A program made the position numbers and the translations under genes. Below are positions 49,708 through 62,410 of a DNA stretch of 64,000 nucleotides, piece by piece. How positions within the stretch are numbered: the first letter of the stretch is position 1; the number at the start of each line of letters is the position of its first letter. A model generated the notes under the pieces. It was not told the DNA's origin. It searched no databases and was given only the letters and a program-made list of their open reading frames with translations. Where the stretch lies: NCBI RefSeq assembly GCF_006345805.1, contig NC_043022.1:14012001-14076000 (forward strand), read 5' to 3'. Source of the DNA: Octopus sinensis (Eukaryota).

Positions 49708-52283
49708 TTTCCTTTTATTCTTTTATTTCTTTCAGTCATTTGACTGTGACCATGCTGGAGCACCACCTTTAGTTGAGCAAATTCGACCCCAGGACTTATT
49801 CTTTGTAAGCCTAGTACTTATTCTATTGGTCTCTCTTGCCAAACCGCTAAGTGACGGGGACGAAAACACACCAGCATCGGTTGTCAAGCGATGTTGGGGG
49901 GGGGGAACAAACACAGACACACAAACAAATATATTATATATATATATATACGACGGGCTTCTTTCAGTTTCCATCTACCGAATTCATTCACAAGGCTTTC
50001 GCCGGCCTGAGGCTATAGTAGAAGACTCTTGCCCAAGGTGCCATGCAGTGGGACTGAACCCGGAACCATGTGGTTAGTAAGCAAGCTACTTACCACACAG
50101 CCACTCCTGCACCTATATATATATATATATATATATAGTCTGTTGAGGTGTGTTCAGTGAAGAATGTATAAGAGTACAAATAGAGCACGTTCACTCTTAG
50201 AATTCCCAAATAGCCGGTAGTATTCTTATGGTATGCTACCAATTCTAGTCTTAGGTATTCCTCGTGAGTGAAAATAAAAAGTAAAAGAGTCAAAAAGTTT
50301 CAAAGAAGAAGCCATGGATGTTGTAGCATGGGAATCTAGATTGACTTACGGAGACAGCAACTGAGTATCGCCTGAGGAGACACATATAGAGCTTCTTACA
50401 CAGGTAACTCATTAAATAATTGAATTTAAACTCAACTTTAAATCCCGTATATACGAGGATCTGTATGTATCGAAACATTTGTAGCGATTAAAAAGCTGCC
50501 TAACCATACTTACTCTTCCTTTTGACTCTTTTACTTTTTACTTTATATATATATAACCGCGTGTGTACCGTTGGCGATTTTTTTCCTCTCTGTCTTCCCT
50601 TCTCTGGATCTTTCCTTCTCCTATGTTTCCGACGAAGAGCTCCGCCCAAAACGTTAAACCCTCCTTTCCTGAGCGTCCAATAATACTATATTTGTTCCAC
50701 GTCCTCGCGTTGTTGTGTTTTCTCTTTGTGTTTTCACGTTTGGATTAACTTTATATATATATACTAGCAGTATCGCCCAACATTGCTTGGGTTTAATTTC
50801 TTTTCGACCCTTTAGAATTGGAATTTTTGAAAAGTAAAAATTTTGCATTATGTAGCTTGTTATTCTCTTTAAGTGAACATTTTTCTGGTTGAATACACCG
50901 AAAAATGGCAACACAGCAGTCAAAAAAATCATAAAAAATAGGGATTTTCATAGAAAAAAAGCACCTTTTTGATGTAAATAATTTTTGGTGTTAACATGGT
51001 CCGATTTGAATTTTTTTCTTCTACGGAAGGAAGAGCAAGCCTTCTTCTATCATACTCTCAATTTTGGTCAACTTGCGCCACAGGGTCTTGGAGGAGATAG
51101 TGTTAGTTGAAGGCTACCAAACCTGCCATACACACAGACAACTACAGCTTTATATATAAAGATATATATATATACTAGCAGTATTGCCCGGCGTTGCTCG
51201 GGTTTGTAAGGGAAATAACTATATAAGCATTTTTAGAGAGTTATAGCCAAAAAATAGCGAAAAAATGCATTAAAACGGGAAAAAATGATGGTAAATTTTT
51301 TTTTAAATCGTAGACTCATCGTAGACATGCGCTAATACCCAGAAGGGCTTGATATGAATCACGACTATAAGATACCCGGTTTTGGTTAAACTGCACCGCA
51401 AAATGTGGGAGTAGTTACGAATCTAAATCGTAGGAGACAGACACACAACCTTACTTTTATATATAAAGATATATATATATATATATATATATAGAAAATA
51501 GTAAAAAGTGAAAAAACTACAGAAGGCTTGTTTTAAAAGGTTAAAAAATTTATATTTGAGTCATTATGTTTGAAGAATGTTATAAATTTTTTTCATACAA
51601 TGACATAGTTTTCTCACCTATATATATATGCTAAACTGGCAAAATGACCATTCCTAAATACAACAATATCTGTTTCAACACACGACTTCACATAAAAAAT
51701 CTTGCACAACAAACATTTAAATATATATATATATATAAAGATATATATAACTGGCACTCCTTTTGTTATGACAGTGAGTGTTCTGGTTGATGTGATCCAT
51801 GAAACAGCCTGCTTGTGAAATTAACATGCAAGTGGCTGATTACTCCACAGACACACAAAGCCTAAATGGAGTTCTAGGGGAGATTCAGCGTGGCACAGAA
51901 TGCGACAAGGCTGGCCCTTTTGAAATACGGCTGCAACTCATTTTTGCCAGCCGGGTGGAACTGGAGCATCGGGGGAAATGTGAAATAAACACAGACACAC
52001 ACAAATACACACATGTACATATACAAGACAAAATGACGACTGTCAACGAGTATACCATCACTGACAAATTAGCTTATTCCTCGTTATTTCAAAGGGCCAG
52101 CCTTGTCGCATTCTGTGCCACGCTGAATCTCCCCTAGAACTCCATTTAGGCTGTGTGTGTCTGTGGAGTAATCAGCCACTTGCATGTTAATTTCACAAGC
52201 AGGCTGTTTCATAGATCAGATCAACCAGAACACTCACTGATATAACAAAAGGAGTGCCAGTTATATATATATATATATATATC

Positions 52284-52330
<47 letters not shown>

Positions 52331-52938
52331 CTGAAGTTGTCTGTGTGTGGCAGATTTGGTAGCCTTCAACTAACACTATCTCCTCCAAGACCCTGCGGCG
52401 CAAGTTGGCCAAAATTGAGAGTATGATAGAAGGCTTGCTCTTCCTTCCGTAGAAGAAAAAATTCAAATCGGACCATGTTAACACCAAAAATTATTTACAT
52501 CAAAAAGGTGCTTTTTACTATGAAAATCCCTATTTTTTATGATTTTTTGACTGCTGTGTTGCCATTTTTCGGTGTATTTCAACCAGAAAAATGTTCACTT
52601 AAAGAGAATAACACGCTACAAAATGCAAAATTTTTACTTTTCAAAAATTCCAATTCTAAAGGGTCGAAAAGAAATTAAACCCAAGCAACGCTGGGCGATA
52701 CTGCTAGTATATATATATATATATATATAAAGTAAAAAGTAAAAGAGTTAAAAGGAAGAGTTAAGTATGGTTAGGCAGCTTTTTAAAGGCAACGGCTATG
52801 CTGAAATTTAAAGTTAGTAATTAGCTTGCCCCAAACTGCTAAAACTCTCACTTACAAAGCTAATTAGTCCAGAAACTAATGAGAGGTTTTCAGTTCCCCA
52901 ACCAGGCAAGTCTTGTTTAGCAATTTCCTTTTCATTTC
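46268..52938 (-). CDS. Candidate 3' end of a small membrane-protein gene: exons 52938-52856, 50371-50350 (22-nt microexon), 46350-46268
   Basis: Two GTAAGT donors and pyrimidine-rich acceptors join in frame as NEKEIAKQDLPGWGTENLSLVSGLISFAILSCCLLIVPAHVAGMWKQLLILGVYIPEEGQQ*; AATAAA at 45911-45906. The first acceptor is an atypical GAG and no start codon was found. Confidence 0.4.
50488..52786. repeat. 2.3-kb imperfect inverted repeat (fold-back) made of TE fragments
   Basis: Arm pairs 50488-50545/52725-52786, 50764-51162/52320-52707 and 51725-51927/52085-52270; spacer 51928-52084. Confidence 0.9.
50556..50755. mobile_element. Probable Penelope-like terminal fragment in (TA)n
   Basis: ccgacgaagagctccgcccaaaacg resembles the CTGATGA...CGAAAC terminal motif of PLEs; flanked by (TA)n. 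Confidence 0.35.
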
Positions 52939-54762
52939 CTCACACAGAAGTGGAAATGTAAATGAAGTAGTTCGTGTCATATTAGAGTTTTCCTTCCTGA
53001 GCGAGATGTCGAAACAAAGATGAGAGGCGTGGGTCTCTCAGTTTCAGCTGTTGGATGGCTATTCATCCTGAAGAGTTTATCCATCCTTTGACAGGTTTTG
53101 CTTGTCGTCCTGTAGGATGTCCAAAGAAAACCACTCTACTTTCCAAGCAGGCTTGGTAGGGTTGGGTTGCTTGCTTAGGGGACGGGACGACAGCTCAATC
53201 GTGAGACATATTACATGTTGGCAGTAGCATTAACAGGGGCCTGACCGAACACAGTTACTCGGAATAACAACACACAAAGTTGAATAAATTAAGACTGATG
53301 TGCCAAAAGAATATCGGTGGAACTTTGAAATTAAAACAACTACAAAGTTAAAACATAATTGGCCAGATATTCTTTTCTACTCTAGGCACAAAGCACGAAA
53401 TTTTTGGGGAGTTGATTAGATCGACTCTCAGCCTCAGTATACAACTGGTACTTAATTTATTGACCCCAGAAGGATAAAAGGCAAAGTTGACCTCAGAGGG
53501 ATTTGAACTCAAAACGTAAACACAGATGAAATACCACTAAGCATTTCGCCCAGCATACTAACGTCTCTGCCGGCTCGCCACCTATAAGTGCTTGGATATT
53601 GTTGTGTGGGTGCACAAGCAAATAATATGCTGTCATGGAAACCAATATGATCATTTCTACTCTGGGCACAAGGCCCGAAATTTTGGGGAAGGGAGTCAGT
53701 TGATTAGATCAACCCCAGTACGCAACTGGTACTTAATTTATCGACCCTGGAAGGATAAAAGGTAAAGCTGACCTCGGCGGAATTTGAACTCAGAACGTAA
53801 ACACAGACGAAATAATGCTAAGCATTTTGCCCTGCGTGCTAACGTCTCTGCCAGCTCACCGCCTATAGGTGACCAGATATTGTTGTAAGGGTACACAAGC
53901 GAAAAAATATGTTGTCATGGAAACCAATGCGAACGGAAATATAGAGGAAAACATATATAGACAACTGATAAGGGATTAGTAAAAGCAGTGTACCAAGTAT
54001 ACAAATATACTTTCAGTTAGATAACTATTATTATTATTATTGTTGTTGTTGTTATTGTTATTATTATTATAGGAGAAACAGGATATGTAGAAGCCTGCGT
54101 GGAGCAAAGCATGGTTAAACTGTGGTTCTTGAGAAGGCAACACAACTCCTTATTCCTTTTGTTACCAACCCACTTGAGATATATATATAGCTGTGTGTAT
54201 GTATGTGTGTGTGTGTGTATATATGTATGCATGTATATATAAATATATATACATTTATCAATATGTATATATATATATGTATGCATATATAAATATATAT
54301 ATATTTATTAATATGTATGTGGCTGTGTGGTAAGTAGCTTGTTTACCAACCTTGGGCAAGTGTCTTCTACTATAGCCTCAGGCCGACCAAAGCCTTGTGA
54401 GTGGATTTGGTAGACGGAAACTGAAAGAAGCCTGCCGTATATATGTATATGTATATATATACGTGTGTGTGTGTTTGTATGTGTCTGTGTTTGTCCCCCT
54501 AGCATTGCTTGACAACCGATGCTGGTGTGTTTATGTCTCCGTTACTTAGCGGTTCGGCAAAAGAGACCGATAGAATAAGTACTGGGCTTACAAAAGAATA
54601 AGTCCCGGGTTTAAGTTGCTTGATTAAAGGCGGTGCTCCAGCATGGCCGCAGTCAAATGACTGAAACAAGTAAAAGAGTAAAGAGTATATATATATATAT
54701 ATCTATTAGTATGTATATATATATATGTATGTATGTATGTATGTTTGTGTGTGTGTGTGCAT

Positions 54763-55064
54763 GCATGGTCTGATCAATAAGTATCCAGACTGCTGCTGCT
54801 TCTATAATACCAACCTAAAACACGCAGACTGAAGCCACTTGGAAGCACAGATTCAACTTAAGATTCTGTGGTGCTTGTGCACTAAGTTTTAGCGTCCTTG
54901 CTCACTTTCGCTGTTTACAAGCAGAGCCTGGAAGTAAAGGTGTCTGGAGCGTGATCGCAGGCACAGCAGAGTCCAAGGCCAATCTGTAACAAGAGAATTC
55001 ACTCTGCGTGCTTTAGTTTCGCTACTATAGCAACAGTTTGGACAATTAGTCATCAGACCTTGTA
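54763..55064. mobile_element. Mariner-like MITE
   Basis: Imperfect TIRs ggtctgatcaataagtatccagact / agtttggacaattagtcatcagacc(ttgta). Confidence 0.55.
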
Positions 55065-55087
55065 TAATGTGTGTGTATGTATGTATG

Positions 55088-55119
<32 letters not shown>

Positions 55120-55376
55120 TGTATGTCTCTCTCTCTCTATATATATACATATATAGTGTTTACTTTGAATAGCTACGGCAAAATGCAGCATGAAAATTCA
55201 AAATAAAGTTTTTAAAAATTGGCTAACTGTCCGACGAACGGCAGCGTGAAACTCAGAGTAACAGGTTTTGTTGAATTTTCTGCTGCTTTAAATAAAGTAT
55301 ATCACTCTACCACTGGTATTTGAGTACTCTTTTTTTCCACCTTGTTTCACATTTATGTGTTTACTCCGGTATATAT

Positions 55377-58300
55377 CATCATCATCATCATCATCGTTTA
55401 GCGTCCGTTTTCCATGCTAGCATGGGTTGGACGGTTCTACTGGGGTCTGTGAAGCCAGAAGGCTTCATCAGGCCCAGTCAAATCTGGCAGTGTTTCTACG
55501 GCTGGATGCCCTTCCTAACGCCAACCACTCCGTGAGTGTAGTAGGTGCTTTTTACGTGCCACCCGCACTGGTGCCAGACAGAGCTGGCAAACGACCACGA
55601 ACGGATGGTGCTTTTTATGTGCCACCGGCACGAGGGCCAGGCCAGGCGAGGCTGGCAACGGACACGAAACGGGGCGGTGCTGGCAATGGTCGCGAAACAG
55701 AAAGTTCTCTTACATGCCACCGGCACTGGTAACACATCTGCAATTTCCATTGATCGATTTCCATTGATCGATTTCGATTCTGATCCTCACTTGCCTCAAC
55801 GGGTCTTCACAAGTAGAGTTTCGACATGCCACCGGCACTGGTAACACATCCGCAATTTCCATTGATCGATTTCGATTCTGATCCTCACTTGCCTCAACAC
55901 GTCTTCACAAGTAGAGTTTTGTGTCCCAAGAAGGGAAGGTATGCATACGTAGGCTGGCTCCATCCCATGTAGAAGGCCACGGGTTATGGACTCACTTGTC
56001 CTGCCGGGTCTTCTCGCGCACAGCACACTTCCAGAGGTCTCGGTCTCTAGTCATTTCCTCAGTGAGACCTAAAGTTCGAAGGTCGTGCTTCACCACCTCG
56101 TCCCAGGTTTTCCTGGGTCTGCCTCTTCCACAGGTTCCCTCAACCGCTAGGGTGTGGCACTTTTTCACACACTATCTTCATCCATTCTCGTCACATGACC
56201 ATACCAGCGCAAACGTCTCTCTTGCACACCACAACTGATGCTTCTTAGGTCCAGCTTTTCTCTCAAGGTACTTACACTCTACCGAGTGTGAGTACCGGCA
56301 TTACACATCCATCGGAGCATACTGGCTTCATTTCTAGCGAGCTTACGAATATCCTCAGCAGTCACGGCCCATGTTTCACTGCCATGTAGCATGGCTGTTC
56401 GTACACACGCATCATACAGTCTGCCTTTCACTCTGTGCAAGAGGCCTTTTGTCACCAGCAGAGGTAAGAGCTCTCTGAACTTTGCCCAAGCTATTCTTAC
56501 TCTAGCAGTTACACTTTCAGCACACCCTCCCCCGCTGCTGACTTGGTCACCTAGGTAACGGAAACTATCAACTATTTCTAGTTTTTCTCCCTGGAAAGTG
56601 ACGGAAGTTGGTCTCAGAGCATTTTCAGTGTTTATTGTTCCTGAGCATCTGCCACATACAAAAACCATCTTCCTAGTTAGCCTTCCTTTGACATTGCTGC
56701 ATCTCTTATGTGTCCATAGCTTACACTTGGTGCATCTTATAGAGTTTCTACCTACACCTTTTCTACAGATCGAGCAGGGCCATCTACCTGAAGGTGTTTG
56801 TGATTTGTTTACCTTCCTACTGATTACGACTTTGGTTTTAGCTAGATTGACTCTGAGGCCCTTCGATTCTAATCCTTGTTTCCACACCTGAAACTTCTCC
56901 TCCAGTTCTGATAACGACTCAGCAATTAGAGCAAGGTCATCAGCATAGAGGAGCTCCCAAGGGCATCCTGTCTTGAATTCCTCCGTTATTGCCTGGAGGA
57001 CTATGATAAATAGGAGGGGGCTGAGTACTGAGCCTTGGTGGACCCCTACCTCTACCCGGAATTCTTCACTGTACTCATTTCCAACCCTCACCCTACTAGC
57101 AGCGTCCCTATACATGGCCCGCACAGCTCTCACTAACCATTCATCTATCCCTAGTTTCCTCATTGCCCACCAGATAAGGGATCGGGGGACCCTGTCGAAG
57201 GCTTTCTCCATGTCAACAAAAGCCAGGTACAGGGGCTTATCTTTGGCTAGGTATTTTCTCCTGCAGCTGCCTTACCAGGAATATAGCATCAGTAGTACTT
57301 TTCCCTGGCACAAACCCAAACTGCATCTCATCTAAACTAACTCTCTCTCTAATTAGTTGGGCTATGACCCTCTCCGTAACCTTCATCACCTGATCCAACA
57401 GCTTGATACCTCTGTAGTTATTTGTATCTAGGGCATCACCTTTACCTTTGTAGCAGTTGACTATTATACTGCTACACCAGTCATTGGGTATGACTCCTTC
57501 GTGTATCACCTGATTAACTATACGGGTGACTAGGCTATAGCCGACACTACCAGACATTTTGAGCATCTCTGCAGTGATTCCTGATGGGCCTGGGGCTTTT
57601 CCTGTCTTCATGCTTCTAATTGCCTTAGCTACCACGGAACTATCAACTCGGATAGCTGGTCCCTCTGTTGGGTCAACATTCGGCAGACTCTCTTTATCCC
57701 ATTCATTTTCTTCATTCAGCAACCTTTCATAGTGGCATCTCCAAACCTCTCTCTTTGCATCCTCATTTAGCGCAAGTGAACCATCTTCCATGCGAACACA
57801 CTTCTCTCCTACATCACGATTCTCTCTCACACACTGTCTTGCAACGCGAAACACCTCCAGTCTTTGGTCCTCACGGCGCAGAACATTGGCAAATTTTTTC
57901 TTATCTGCTTCCCCTCTGGCTAAATAAACCTGTCTCCTAGCTTCTCTTTTGGCAGTCTGATACAATTCCCTGCTACCCCCATTTTTCCAGACCTTCCAAG
58001 CCTGTCTCTTTTCTCTAATAGCCCTGTCTACAATATTGTTCCACCACCACGTTATTCTAGGTCGAGAGGGGACTTTGCACCAGCCACAGATCTGGTCAGT
58101 GGCTCTCAGCAGGTTGTCCCTTAGAAACGTCCAGCTGTCTTCTACCCCCTGTGACGCTCTATCCCCTTCTACTTCGTCAGAGGCTTCAAGTAATATGTCC
58201 CTAAATCTCTGTCCATTTGCAGGATCTTTAAGCTTCCAGATCCTTCTTCTCCATATTTGTCGTCTTCTGGTTGTCCTCCTAGTCCTGATCCTAAAGTCAC

Positions 58301-59265
58301 TAACTACCAGTCTATGTTGTGGGGTACATTCTTCACCTGGGAAAGTTTTGGCATTTATAAGCAGCCATCTCTCCCTTTGCCTTGCAAGGATGTAGTCAAT
58401 TTGGCTGGTATGTTGGCCGATCGGTAAGTGACTAGGTGGCTGGTAGTTTCCTGAAGTTAGTGTTGCAAATCATAAGATTATTTGCATCGCAGAACTCCAG
58501 CAGCCTGGTTCCCTCCTCGTTGCGGGAGCCATAGCCATAGCCTCCATGTACGCCATGGAAGCCCCCAGCATGTCGTCCAACGTGACCATTGAAGTCACCA
58601 GCCACAAAGATAAGGTCTCTGTTGTTCGTCAACGAGGTAGTCTGCAGTAGAGTGTCATAGAATCGGTCTTTCTGTCCATCGGGTAGCCCCGACTGAGGAG
58701 CATAGGCTGATATAATGGTTGCTAAACTATGATGAAGCACTAATCTAATCTTAAGTATTCTGTCACATACTCTGATTACCTCAATTACTTTATCTACCCA
58801 TTTCTCAGCGATAAGTATACCCACGCCACCAACCCCGTCAGTGTTCCCTGCCCAGAAAATCTCGTACCTGCGTTCCTTGCCTGTGAGGAACCTAGCTGAT
58901 CCTCCTCTCCACCTTATTTCTTGCATGCAACATATATCCACACATCTCCGTTCAAGCATCTCGACTATCTCACCAGACCTACCTTTCAGAGTGCCAACGT
59001 TCGCTGGTCACAATGCGCTTCGCATTGTTTTAGCCTTCAAATGACGCCACCCCGCTGGCTAAGCGAGCAGGTCAACAGAGGAAAGAGTGAGAGAAAGTTG
59101 TGGCGAAAGAGTACAGCAGGGATCGCCACCACCCCCTGCCAGAGCCTCGTGGAGATTTTGGTATTTCCACTCAATAAACACTCACAACGCCCGGTCTGGG
59201 AATCGAAACCATGATCCTACGACCGCGAGTCCGCTGCCCTAACCACTGGGCCATTGCGCCTCCAC
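55377..59265 (-). mobile_element. Near-full-length RTE-clade LINE (APE endonuclease + reverse transcriptase + PHD-like finger), disrupted
   Basis: ANVGTLKGR, CMQEIRW, GDFNGHVG, SQIDYIL, QHRLV (APE); GVHQGSVLSPLLF and LYADD (RT); RLRWYGHV C-terminal motif; (TGA)n tail at about 55377-55395; about 3 single-base frameshifts and one nonsense codon at 56281-56279. Confidence 0.95.
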
Positions 59266-59288
59266 ATATATGTATATATGTGTATATA

Positions 59289-59338
<50 letters not shown>

Positions 59339-59501
59339 ATAAAAAAAATAAAAAGTGATGCAGCACGAAGTTTTGTCAGTGAACAGGTCGCAGTCTCAAA
59401 GCGACGAAAATATTTTGACAAATTAAATTTAAATGTTGAAGTGAATCGAACGGTTTTTGTGTTTCTTAAATGGCTTACAAACACCCTCCACACTGCAATT
59501 G

Positions 59502-59555
<54 letters not shown>

Positions 59556-60169
59556 ACTACATATGTGGCAAATTCTGTCTGGGGGTGTGTTTGTTTCTGG
59601 CATTGTTATCTAACTCCTTCTACATTATTTTATGAATTTTTATGAAATTTGATTCGTGAGTAGAACTGGAAACCTCGTGACATACTTAGATTGTTGAAAA
59701 AAAAGTCAATAATAGGTCCCCCTGGAATTGGTCCTTATATCTACTACATATAACAAATATATTTTACTAGCAGTATCGCCCGGCGTTGCTCGGGTTTGTA
59801 AGGGAAATAACTATATAAGCATTTTTAGAGAGTTATAGCCAAAAAATAGCAAAAAAATGCACTAAAAATGGAAAACAAATGATGGTAAATTTTTTTTAAA
59901 ATCGTTGACTCATCGTAGACATTTATAGAGAGTTACTTCCCTTATATAATAGCGAAAAAAATGCATTAAAATGGAAAAAAATGATGGTAAATTTTTTTTT
60001 AAATCGTAGACTCATCGTAGACACGCGCTAATACCCAGAAGGGCTCGATATGAATCACGACTATAAGATACCCGGTTTTGGTTAAACTGCACCGCAAAAT
60101 ATGGGAGTAGTTAGGAATCTAAACCGTAGGAGACAGACACACAACTTCACTTTTATATATAAAGATTTA

Positions 60170-62410
60170 AACATCCATACAGGATAGGTTTACTGTTTGA
60201 TGAAAAGGGCTTAGTGTGACTGCACATGCCAAGAGGATAAGTGAAGCACTCAATAAACAATTCCAAAGTGTTTTCACCTCCCCACTAATCAACATGAAAA
60301 TAAGCAGACCTGGCGAGTTCTTCAACACCTCTAATCTACAAGAGAAAAAGGTAACCATCAATTACATTGACATTATAGAAGAGGATGTATTGTCGGCCGT
60401 TGACGAGATAAACCCAAACTCGGCAACAGGCCCCGATGGGCTCCCAGCTATTCTGCTAAAAACATGCAAGAAAGCTCTTGCAAAACCACTGCAAATGCTT
60501 TTCCAGAGTTCCCTTGAATGCAGTACATTTCCTTCAAACGTTAAAAGAAGGAATAATCTGCCATGTCCACAAAGGAGGAATCAGAGCAGATGTGCTATAA
60601 ACTACAGACCCATCTCTCTCTGACCTCACGTGCCAGCAAGATCATGGAACGCATTGTCAGAGAAAGACTGACCACTTTCCTAGAGGAAACTGACTAGCTT
60701 ACAGACACGCAACATGGTTTCCGTCCTGGTAGAATCGTTAGCACGCCGGGTGAAATGCTTACCAGTATTTTGTCTGTCTTTATGTTCTGAGTTTAAATTT
60801 CGCCAATGTCGACTTTGCCTTTCATCCTTTCGGGGTCGATTAAATAAGTACCAGTTACGCACTGGGGTCGATATAATCAACTTAATCCGTTTGTTTGTCC
60901 TTGTTTGTCCTCTCTGTGTTTAGCCCCTTGTGGGTAGTAAAGAAAAAGGTTTCCGTCCTGGAAGGAGCTGCCTAACACAGCTACTACAGCACTTCGACTG
61001 GGTACTAAAACAACAGCTCAACCATTCAAATGTGGATGGGATATATCTCGACTTTGCCAAGGCCTTTGACAAAGTCGATCATGGATGATATGTTACAAAT
61101 TGCATGACCTCAATATCGCTGGTAGACTGGGAGAATGGCTGCATGATTTTCTAAGGGGCAGAAAGTCAGGCTGTCACAGCAACTGGTGCTCTCTCTGAAG
61201 TGGCACCAATTTTCAGTGGCGTCCCCCAGGGAAGTGCTGAGTCCACTATTGTTTGTGATTGATCTCTCGGACATGGCCTCAGCCATAGGGTCAGCCACAT
61301 TCCCCAGGTATGCCAATGATAAAAGTATTGCTAGCAGACATGGATCCGACTGACATCCTAAGACTGCAGAATGACCTGAACGCAATATATAAGTGATTTT
61401 TTTTTTTTTATTGTTCCTTCTCGAGCCATGCCTGGCTCATAAGAGCTGGTTTCCCGGTTTCTTGGCATATAGGTTCCCCACCTGGACAGAACGCCAGTCT
61501 GTCGCAGGTGAGCTGCAAGACGCAGGAGGAAAGAGTGAGAGAAAGTTGTGGCGAAAGAGTCAGCAGAAGTTTCGCCATTACCTTCTGCTGGAGCTGCATG
61601 GAGCTTAGGTGTTTCGCTCATAAACACACACATCGCCCGGTCTGAGATTCGAACCCGCGATCCCTCGACTGCGAGTCCGCTGCTCTAACCACTAGGCCAT
61701 GTGCCTCCACATCAATATATAAGTGGGCTGATGAGAATAATATGCAGTTCAATGGTGCAAAATTCCAAGCACTCAGCTATCAGCCCACAAACTACAGCTG
61801 AAGTACACGGGACCAGCAGGCAATGTTTGAGTCAGTGCATGACCTGGGAATCCATATGAGCAACGATGCAACTTTCCAGGTACACATTGCTCAAATGGCA
61901 ATACTATGCAGTCAGTTGGCAGGTTGGATCCTTAGATCCTTCGGGACCAGGAACAGAGACACAATGCCTCTGCTTTGGAGAACCTTTGTTCTCAGTCATC
62001 TGGACTACTGCTCCCAACTTTGGTCCCCTGAGAGTGTAAAACTAACTGTGGAACTAGAAGTGATCCAACGTCACTTCACAAAGACAGACTCAGTAAAACA
62101 CATGGTCTACTGGGAGAGATTGGGGGAACAGGAACTCCTTATTTCTTTACTACCCACAAGGGGCTCAACATAGAGGGGACAAACAAGGACAGACAAATGG
62201 AACTCCTACTCCCTGGAGAGGAGTCGTGAGAGATATACAGTGCTATACATATAGAAAATAATGGACGGTCTGGCTCCAAGTTTTGGGATTGAAATCTACA
62301 ACAATCCCCAAACTGGACAGCACTGCAGAGTACCAAAGGTCCCATCTTCTCCATCGAGGATACTAACCCAATATTGTAATAACTTGGGATTCAAGGGCCC
62401 ACAAATTTAA
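60170..62410 (+). mobile_element. Degenerate CR1/L2-type LINE reverse transcriptase fragment with three nested SINE insertions
   Basis: ATGPDGLPAILLK, NYRPISL, QHGFRPG, YLDFAKAFDKVDH, SGVPQGS, DLGI, LDYCSQLWSP motifs across several frames. Confidence 0.9.

Noticed and set aside
54889-55191. 100-aa ORF as an upstream exon of the small gene
   Set aside because: Lies within a mariner-like MITE and microsatellite.
59160-59265. Functional tRNA gene (also 25740 and 61620-61710)
   Set aside because: No acceptor stem or terminator; continues into SINE or LINE bodies.
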